This document shows positions 58,297 to 64,000 of a stretch of 64,000 nucleotides of DNA, piece after piece. Source of the DNA: Gammaproteobacteria bacterium (lineage in GTDB: Bacteria; Pseudomonadota; Gammaproteobacteria; Steroidobacterales; Rariloculaceae); NCBI GenBank assembly GCA_036381015.1, contig DASVDR010000029.1, forward strand, positions 96,676 through 160,675, given 5' to 3'. How positions within the stretch are numbered: the first letter of the stretch is position 1; each line of letters starts with the position of its first letter. The notes under the pieces were generated by a model. The model searched no databases. It saw only the letters and a program-made list of their open reading frames with translations, and was not told where the DNA came from. The translations under genes were made by a program, and so were the position numbers.

Positions 58297-58353
58297 GAAA
58301 AAAAGGTGTCAGACACCTTTTTGGGAGAAAAGAGGTGTCTGACACCATTTTCT
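58297..58353. repeat. Palindromic repeat pair, locus B
   Basis: GAAAAAAAGGTGTCAGACACCTTTTTGGG followed by GAGAAAAGAGGTGTCTGACACCATTTTC. Cores centred at 58311 and 58340. Confidence 0.9.
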
Positions 58354-58441
58354 TGCGCGCCAACATAGCCGCTTCGTTCAAGCGCCGGGCGCGGCGCCAT
58401 GGGACACTGCATGCAGGCCACCCACCCAGCCGGACGCGCAG

Positions 58442-59140
58442 ATGAACACCTGTATCCGCCCGCGACCTCCCGCCGCCCCGGACCCCCGCACGACCTACAT
58501 GCGCCCGTTGCCCGCCGATCTCGTCGCGCTCGACTCCCGAGACGGGCGAGCGCTGTTCACGCAGGCGTTGACGGCGGGAACCATGGAAGGCTACTTCAAG
58601 CTGGCCCAGCAATTTCACACTCAATCGGATCCGGCCTATTGCGGTCTCGGGTCGCTCGTCTGCGCGCTGAACGCGCTGAACATCGATCCTGCTCGCGTCT
58701 GGAAGGGGCCGTGGAGATGGTTCAGCGAGGAGCTGCTCGACTGTTGCAAGTCGCTCGACGACGTCCGGCAATTCGGGCTCACGCTGGACGAAGCGGGCTG
58801 CCTCGCCGAGTGCAGCGGCGCGGCGGTCGCCATGCACCGGCCGCCGACCGCGAACGTCGACGCGTTCCGCGCGCACGCTCAGCGGGCCGCGACGGGAGCG
58901 GAGGGGCCGGTGCTCGTCGTGAATTACTCGCGACGAGCCTTGGGCCAGACCGGGGGCGGCCACTTCTCGCCGATCGGCGGCTACCACGTGCCGACGGACA
59001 AGGTGCTCGTGCTCGACACGGCCCGTTTCAAGTATCCGCCCCACTGGGTGCCCGTCGACCTCCTCTTCGACGCGATGGAGGACGAGGATCGGGACACGGG
59101 CCGCCCGCGCGGCTGGCTCCTGATCGACAAAGGCGCTTGA
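58442..59140 (+). CDS. Bacterial phytochelatin synthase-like papain-fold enzyme (PCS domain only)
   Basis: Catalytic triad contexts all present: QSDPAYCGLGSL (Cys), GGGHFSPIGGYH (His), VLVLDTARFKYPPHWV (Asp). Alternative start MRPLP at 58499. Confidence 0.85.
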   Translation: MNTCIRPRPPAAPDPRTTYMRPLPADLVALDSRDGRALFTQALTAGTMEGYFKLAQQFHTQSDPAYCGLGSLVCALNALNIDPARVWKGPWRWFSEELLDCCKSLDDVRQFGLTLDEAGCLAECSGAAVAMHRPPTANVDAFRAHAQRAATGAEGPVLVVNYSRRALGQTGGGHFSPIGGYHVPTDKVLVLDTARFKYPPHWVPVDLLFDAMEDEDRDTGRPRGWLLIDKGA

Positions 59141-59198
59141 CCGAAAAAAGGTGTCTGACACCTTTTTCGGGAAAAAAGGTGTCTGACACCTTTTTTTC
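59141..59198. repeat. Palindromic repeat pair, locus C
   Basis: CCGAAAAAAGGTGTCTGACACCTTTTTCGG (near-perfect 30-nt palindrome) followed by GAAAAAAGGTGTCTGACACCTTTTTTTC. Cores centred at 59156 and 59184. Starts 1 nt after the PCS stop. Confidence 0.9.
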
Positions 59199-59222
59199 TG
59201 TCGAGAGTCATAATTTGCGCTC

Positions 59223-60017
59223 ATGGACGCGGCGCAATTCTTCCGTGGCGGCTGGGTTCGCTTCCCGCACGCCCCCGAGGTTGCGGACTGGGCGGCACGA
59301 GCCCGCCCGGTGGCGGAGGCTTGCGTCGCGGACCCGGAACAACGCGCGCGCTGGCTGCGATGCGGCGGCACTTGGTTCGTCGGCGTCAACGTCTTCCCGA
59401 ACGATGCCGCCGGCGCCGTGCCGGAGGCGGGCGTGCCTCCGCTCGCGGGCCCGCCGGTCGAATTCATCGCGGAGGCGTTGAAGCTTGCGGTCGGATGGGA
59501 CAGGGGGCAGATCTCGGCCTGTTTTCCCGGCTATCCCCGGCCCTCGGCCGGCGAATCCGCGGCCGCGTTCCGCTTTCGCCGCGACCGTGACGCGGCGCAT
59601 GTCGACGGTCTACAGCGCTTCGAGAGTCGGCGTCGCCGGCTCGGCGAGCTGCAAGGCTTCATCCTCGGCGTGCCGCTGACGGACGCTCCCGCCGGGGCCG
59701 CGCCGCTCGTGGTGTGGGAAGGCTCGCATGAGGTGATGCGCCGCGCGCTGCGCGCACGGCTCGCCGACGTGCCGACGGAGCGCTGGAGGGACGAGGACCT
59801 TACCGACGCTTACGTCGCGGCCCGGCGCGAGTGCTTCGAGACGTGCCGCCGCGTGCCGCTTCACGCGCGCCCCGGCGAGTCGTATCTGATTCACCGGCTC
59901 GCACTGCACGGCGTCGCGCCCTGGAGCGCCGCGCCGGCCGGCGAGCGCCTGATCGCGTATTTCCGCCCGAATCCGTTTCCGGACGCCGCTCCCGATTGGT
60001 GGCTGGACCGGCCCTAG
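59223..60017 (+). CDS. Hypothetical protein, possibly PhyH-like Fe(II)/2-oxoglutarate oxygenase superfamily
   Basis: AAHVDG (HxD), VVWEGSHE, and LIHRLALHG (distal His) resemble PhyH-type spacing. By-eye call only. Confidence 0.45.
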   Translation: MDAAQFFRGGWVRFPHAPEVADWAARARPVAEACVADPEQRARWLRCGGTWFVGVNVFPNDAAGAVPEAGVPPLAGPPVEFIAEALKLAVGWDRGQISACFPGYPRPSAGESAAAFRFRRDRDAAHVDGLQRFESRRRRLGELQGFILGVPLTDAPAGAAPLVVWEGSHEVMRRALRARLADVPTERWRDEDLTDAYVAARRECFETCRRVPLHARPGESYLIHRLALHGVAPWSAAPAGERLIAYFRPNPFPDAAPDWWLDRP

Positions 60018-60079
60018 CACGTGCCGCCGAGCCGGCATCCGCCTAGAATCGACGGCGGCCGAGCCAGAGAGATTCGCCC

Positions 60080-60346
60080 GTGCCCCACGCAGCATCCGGT
60101 CTCGACGCCGACCGCCTCGCCCACCTCGAGGCGACGATCCACGCCGACATCGAAGCGGACCGCTACTTCGGCGCGGTCGTTGCCGTCGCGCGCCGTGGCG
60201 AGCTCGGCCTTTGCGAGGCGATCGGCTTCGGCGACGAGGCGCTCGAGATGACGTTCGTCTGCCTGTCGGCCGGCGTGATGCAGCCCGCGCCGAACATCGA
60301 GCGGTTTCAGCGGCTGTCCGACATCGCCGCGTCGGCGGCGTTGTGA
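60080..60346 (+). pseudogene. N-terminal stub of a serine hydrolase (beta-lactamase/transpeptidase-like family)
   Basis: (GTG)PHAASGLDADRLAHLEATIHADIEADRYFGAVVAVARRGELGLCEAIGFGD.. matches the usual N-terminus. It then diverges before any SxxK motif and stops at 88 aa. Confidence 0.5.
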
Positions 60347-60516
60347 GGCGGCCCCCCGGTTGATCCGGCCTCCCGCGGATGGTCTACTCGCCCCCTGCGG
60401 CGGGAACCGCTCGCACCGCAAGCGGTGGCCCGGTCGCATTCGCCCGGATAGAGTGTTCCCCGGGGGGGCAGGGGGCCGGCGGCGGACCGGCCTGGTGCGG
60501 GGAAGGAGGAGCTTTG

Positions 60517-62103
60517 ATGGTAAAGCGTGGGGTCGATCGGCTGTTCGCACGGAAATCGGTCGAGCAAATGCACGCCGAGCACGAGCATGGGGAGCTCAAG
60601 AAGACGCTCGGCGCACTGAATCTCGTTCTGCTCGGGGTCGGCTGCATCATCGGCACGGGTATTTTCGTGCTGACGGGCAGGGCGGCTGCCGAGTTCGCCG
60701 GGCCCGGCATCATGATCTCGTTCATCATCACGGGAACGCTGTGCGCGCTCGTGGCGCTCTCTTACGCGGAGCTTGCGGCGGCAATACCGGTCTCGGGCTC
60801 GGCGTATTCGTACTCGTACGCCTCGATGGGCGAGATGGTCGCCTGGATCATGGGCCTGCTGCTGGTGCTCGAGTACGGCCTCGCGGCGTCGACCGTGGCG
60901 GTAGGCTGGTCGGGATACGTCGCGAGCTTCTTGCACGACATCGGCATCGATCTGCCCCCGGCGCTGCGCGCCGCGCCGGGGGTCGAGGTCACGGATTTCA
61001 CCAGCGGAGCGGTGGTTGGCACCGGCGCCGTCAACTTGCCCGCCTTGATCGCGATCATCGCCGTGAGCGGCCTCCTCGTGCTCGGTGTCTCGGAATCGGC
61101 GCTCGTCAACAACATCATCGTGTTCATCAAGACGTCGGTCATCGTCGCGTTCATCGTGATCGGCGCATTCTTCGTGAACCCCGATCTCTGGACGCCGCTG
61201 ATTCCGCCCCAGCAGCCGCCGCCGCCGGCCGGCGCGGATGCGGGCATCTGGAGCCAGATCGGCAGCGCGCTCTGGGCCGTCCTCACCGCGCAAAGCACGG
61301 GCCAGTACGGCGTGCCGGGGCTCATCACCGGCGCCGCCACGATTTTCTTCGCGTACATCGGTTTCGAGGCGGTGTCGACCGCGGGCGCGGAATCGAAGAA
61401 CCCGGCGAGGGACATGCCGATCGGCATCCTCGGCTCCCTGATCATCTGCACGATTCTTTACATCCTCACGTCGGGGGTGCTCGTCGGAATCGTCCCGTAC
61501 ACGGACCTCGACGATCCCGCGCCGATTGCGAAGGCGGTCAACCAAATCGGGCTGCCATGGTTCGCCGCGCTCGTGAAGATCGGCGCCATCGCCGGTCTCT
61601 CGTCGGTGATGCTCGTGCTGCTCTACGCGCAGACGCGCATCTTCTACACGATCGCGCGTGACGGTCTGATCCCGCCCGTCTTCGCGGTCGTGCACCCGAA
61701 GTTCAAGACGCCGTGGATCAACACGATCATCGTCGGCGTCGTCGCGTGCGGTTTCGCGGGATTCATGGGGCTCGACGCGCTCGCGAATCTGACGAACGTC
61801 GGCACGCTTGCCGCGTTCACGATCGTCTGCTTTACGGTGCTCTATCTTCGATATGCCAGGCCCGACATGCGCCGGCCGTTCAAGACGCCGCTGTTCCCGG
61901 TGACCCCGCTCCTCGGCGCCGTCATGTGCTTGTTCTTGTTGATGTCGCTGATGGCGCACGAGGCGACGCGTAACTTCTTTCTCATCTATCTCGGGTTCGG
62001 CTTCCTTCTCTACTTCGTGTACGGCGTGTGGAACTCGAAGCTCGGGAAGGGCATCGTCGTCGGGGGCCATGAGGAGGTCATGCCTCCCGGAATCGCCGAC
62101 TGA
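60517..62103 (+). CDS. APC-superfamily amino acid permease (cationic amino acid transporter-like)
   Basis: GGAAGGAGG SD. ..LKKTLGALNLVLLGVGCIIGTGIFVLTG..AGPGIMISF.. 12-14 TM. Inner ATG of ORF 60379..62103. Confidence 0.9.
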   Translation: MVKRGVDRLFARKSVEQMHAEHEHGELKKTLGALNLVLLGVGCIIGTGIFVLTGRAAAEFAGPGIMISFIITGTLCALVALSYAELAAAIPVSGSAYSYSYASMGEMVAWIMGLLLVLEYGLAASTVAVGWSGYVASFLHDIGIDLPPALRAAPGVEVTDFTSGAVVGTGAVNLPALIAIIAVSGLLVLGVSESALVNNIIVFIKTSVIVAFIVIGAFFVNPDLWTPLIPPQQPPPPAGADAGIWSQIGSALWAVLTAQSTGQYGVPGLITGAATIFFAYIGFEAVSTAGAESKNPARDMPIGILGSLIICTILYILTSGVLVGIVPYTDLDDPAPIAKAVNQIGLPWFAALVKIGAIAGLSSVMLVLLYAQTRIFYTIARDGLIPPVFAVVHPKFKTPWINTIIVGVVACGFAGFMGLDALANLTNVGTLAAFTIVCFTVLYLRYARPDMRRPFKTPLFPVTPLLGAVMCLFLLMSLMAHEATRNFFLIYLGFGFLLYFVYGVWNSKLGKGIVVGGHEEVMPPGIAD

Positions 62104-62118
62104 CGATTCGCGTCGGCG

Positions 62119-62207
62119 GTGCGCCGGGATCGCGTTGGCTTGAGCACGCACCCCGAGCCCGGTCGGGACTTCGATTACATCATCGTCGGCGCGGGCACGA
62201 GTGCGAC
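62119..62207 (+). pseudogene. N-terminal stub of a GMC-type FAD oxidoreductase
   Basis: ..GRDFDYIIVGAGTSA.. (FAD-binding GxGxxG start of GMC enzymes). The reading frame then becomes Arg/Ser-rich nonsense, and a different gene fragment starts in another frame at 62208. Confidence 0.4.
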
Positions 62208-62597
62208 GTGGGGTCGCGAGCGGCGTTCCTGCGAGTGGCGGACGATTTCGGGGACCGGACCGGTCGGATCGACGCGATCGTCAACAACGCGATGCTTCTC
62301 CACTATTGCCCCGTCGATCAGGTCGAGCCCGAACGGCTCGACGCGATGCTCGACGTCGGCATCAAAGCGCTCTTCTGGTCCGCGCAGGCGCTCGTCGCGC
62401 ATTACGACCCGGAGCGTGGGGCGAGCTTGATCAACATGGCTTCGCCGGTCGCCTTCCGCGGCTATCCGGGCACGTCCGCGCACAGCGCCGTGAAAGGCGC
62501 GGTGGTCGCCTTCACGCGAGTGATGGCCGCGGAGCTCGGACCGACATCGTCGCAAACCCAGGAGCACCTGATGATTCCGCCGAATCAGGTGGCTTAG
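62208..62597 (+). pseudogene. Internal fragment of a short-chain dehydrogenase/reductase (no N-terminal Rossmann motif, truncated C-terminus)
   Basis: ..FGDRTGRIDAIVNNA..(NNAG region)..SLINMAS..GTSAHSAVKGAVVAFTRVMAAELGP. The catalytic YxxxK reads HSAVK (Tyr to His). No TGxxxGIG segment. Confidence 0.55.
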
Positions 62598-62765
62598 GGG
62601 CCGGCTTCTCCGAAGCTCCCCGCGGGAGCTCGGTTTGCCGTTCTCTTCGGCGACCCGGCGAAGCCCGGCGAGCCGTACGCATTCCGGGCGAAATTGCCGG
62701 ACGGATATAATGTTCCGCCCCACTGGCATGAGCATGTCACCGTGATGAGCGTTGCTCGACGCTAG
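62598..62765 (+). pseudogene. Fragment of a cupin-domain protein (no start codon, truncated)
   Basis: The frame opening at 62598 gives ..PKLPAGARFAVLFGDPAKPGEPYAFRAKLPDGYNVPPHWHEHVTVMS.. then a stop. It lacks both the N-terminus and the second cupin motif. Confidence 0.45.
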
Positions 62766-62812
62766 CGTCAGGCGAGACGCGCTCTATCGAGCAGAATGCC
62801 TTCGACACACGC

Positions 62813-63777
62813 ATGAGCACACGGCACTTCGACGCGGTCATCATCGGTGCAGGCGCCGCCGGCCTGTGCGCGCTACATCGACTCCGCGAGCTCGGGCTCA
62901 CCGTGCAGGCGTACGAGCGCGCGAGCGGAGTCGGCGGCGTTTGGTACTGGAACCGCTACCCGGGCGCCCGATTCGACTCGGAAAGCTACACGTACTGCTA
63001 TTCGTTCTCGCCTCAGCTCCTCGAGGAATGGAGCTGGAGCGAGCGATTCGCCGCGCAACCCGAGGTGCTCGCGTACCTGAACTACGCGGCCGAGAAGCTC
63101 GATCTTTTGCGCGACATTCGCTTCGAGACGGAGGTCGTCTCCGCGCGGTACGACGCGCGGGACCACTCGTGGCTCATCGAGACCGACCGCGGCGAGCGCA
63201 CGCGGGCGCGTTACCTGATCGCCGCGGTCGGCCCGCTGTCCGCCTACCAGCTGCCCGACATCGACGGCGTCGACACGTTCGAGGGAGAGCACTACCACAC
63301 GGCCCGCTGGCCTCATGACGACGTCGATCTTGCCGGCAAGCGGGTCGGCGTGATCGGCACCGGCGCGACGGGTGTTCAGGTCATCCAGACGATCGCACCC
63401 GACGAAGACTGGCGCGAGATTCGCCGCAACTATCCCGCGATATTCGCGCGATGCCGCGAGACCTTCGGCGGCTTCGTGCACGGGTTCGATCTTCGCTCGG
63501 GACGCGAGGTGACGCCCGAGGAACGCGAGGCGATATTCGAGTCCCTTTGGGCCCGGCGATCGCGCCGAGCGTCGACGCCGAGCATGCGTGGACGGCGCAC
63601 GTCCGCGAGGCGGCCGACGCGACGCTCCTCGCCCGTGACACGAGCTCGTGGTTCTTCGGCGCGAACACGCCCGGTAAGGCGAGAAGCGTCTCGATCTACG
63701 CGCCCGGCGCCGCTGTGTACCGCGAACGATGCGACGACGTCGCAAGGCGCGGCTACGAAGGGTTCGAGTTCCGCTGA
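62813..63777 (+). pseudogene. Baeyer-Villiger (flavin-containing) monooxygenase with internal deletions and a frameshift
   Basis: MSTRHFDAVIIGAGAAGL..GGVWYWNRYPGARFDSESY..FEGEHYHTARWP (BVMO fingerprint)..GKRVGVIGTGATGVQVIQTIAP. The TVFQR-type segment is then missing, and the frame is lost after ..AIFESLW. The C-terminus ..SSWFFGANTPGKARSVSIYAPGAAVYRERCDDVARRGYEGFEF* is in another frame. About 320 codons against ~540 expected. Confidence 0.7.
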
Positions 63778-63794
63778 CGAACCGAGCGCCGGGG

Positions 63795-64000
63795 CTACCG
63801 GACGGTCGGCAAGATCGGCGTACACGCCCAAACCGCGTCCGGCTGCGCGTCGGTTCGGGCAAGCGCCGCCCGCACCGCGCCGTCGCTCGGCGCGCGGACG
63901 ATGCAAACGGCTCTCGGCTCGCGGATCGACACGAAGCCGCGCACGAGCGCCGCGTCTTCCTGCTCCAGCGCGGTTGCGACGCCGTCGAGGCTTCGAGCCT
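63795..64000 (-). CDS. Possible C-terminal end of an unidentified CDS entering from the right edge
   Basis: The reverse frame reads ..LDGVATALEQEDAALVRGFVSIREPRAVCIVRAPSDGAVRAALARTDAQPDAVWACTPILPTVR*. Plausible composition, but no family recognised. Confidence 0.25.
   Translation of the reverse strand, partial: ARSLDGVATALEQEDAALVRGFVSIREPRAVCIVRAPSDGAVRAALARTDAQPDAVWACTPILPTVR

Noticed and set aside
48744-59198. Palindromic repeats as a CRISPR array or integron attC sites
   Set aside because: There are only two units per locus, with 0-5 nt between them and no spacers, and no cas genes. No integrase or attI is present, and the core lacks the RYYYAAC/GTTRRRY attC signature.
1-64000. Search for tRNA, rRNA, transposase, integrase and phage genes
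   Set aside because: None was recognised on either strand by eye. Pseudogenisation here appears deletion-driven rather than IS-driven. A tRNAscan/Infernal run would be needed to exclude small RNAs formally.

Overview
High-GC bacterial chromosomal segment (roughly two-thirds G+C by eye, not computed). It looks Gram-negative and proteobacterium-like: three ~980-1000 aa TonB-dependent receptors, lipobox/Sec/Tat signals and a sigma-54 system. The taxon cannot be fixed from sequence alone. I support about 55 intact CDS. No rRNA, tRNA, CRISPR array, transposase or integrase was seen. Many long ORFs in the track are antisense or off-frame shadow ORFs typical of high GC.

Main content:
- A NorR (NO-sensing sigma-54 activator) gene lies divergent from an operon of NirK-family copper nitrite reductase, dihaem cytochrome c, monohaem cytochrome c and a two-domain multicopper oxidase. 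Upstream are a good -24/-12 promoter and three GT-N7-AC boxes. This is the most coherent candidate system.
- Three paralogous TonB-dependent receptors sit with uncharacterised secreted proteins that share a recurring domain. One of these is fused to a metallo-beta-lactamase (MBL) fold that has lost its metal ligands.
- PadR plus ADOP/FtsX-type permease modules occur in four states of preservation: intact, 1-nt frameshift, internally deleted, and near-complete relic.
- An AT-flanked perfect palindrome (AAAAAGGTGTC-W-GACACCTTTTT) occurs as tandem pairs at three loci. Two of the pairs bracket a bacterial phytochelatin-synthase-like gene.
- Gene remnants are unusually dense (about 10 in 64 kb). 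This includes a run at 60.0-63.8 kb of serine hydrolase, GMC, SDR, cupin and Baeyer-Villiger monooxygenase fragments around one intact amino-acid permease.
- Housekeeping and accessory genes: panD, rnk, msrA, uspA, a Kef-type antiporter, a 5'-3' exonuclease, a PQQ sugar dehydrogenase, a DUF1111 dihaem oxidoreductase, a DUF1592-type haem protein, a DUF1552 protein, an ankyrin-repeat protein and others.

All functional calls come from by-eye motif and family recognition. No searches were run.
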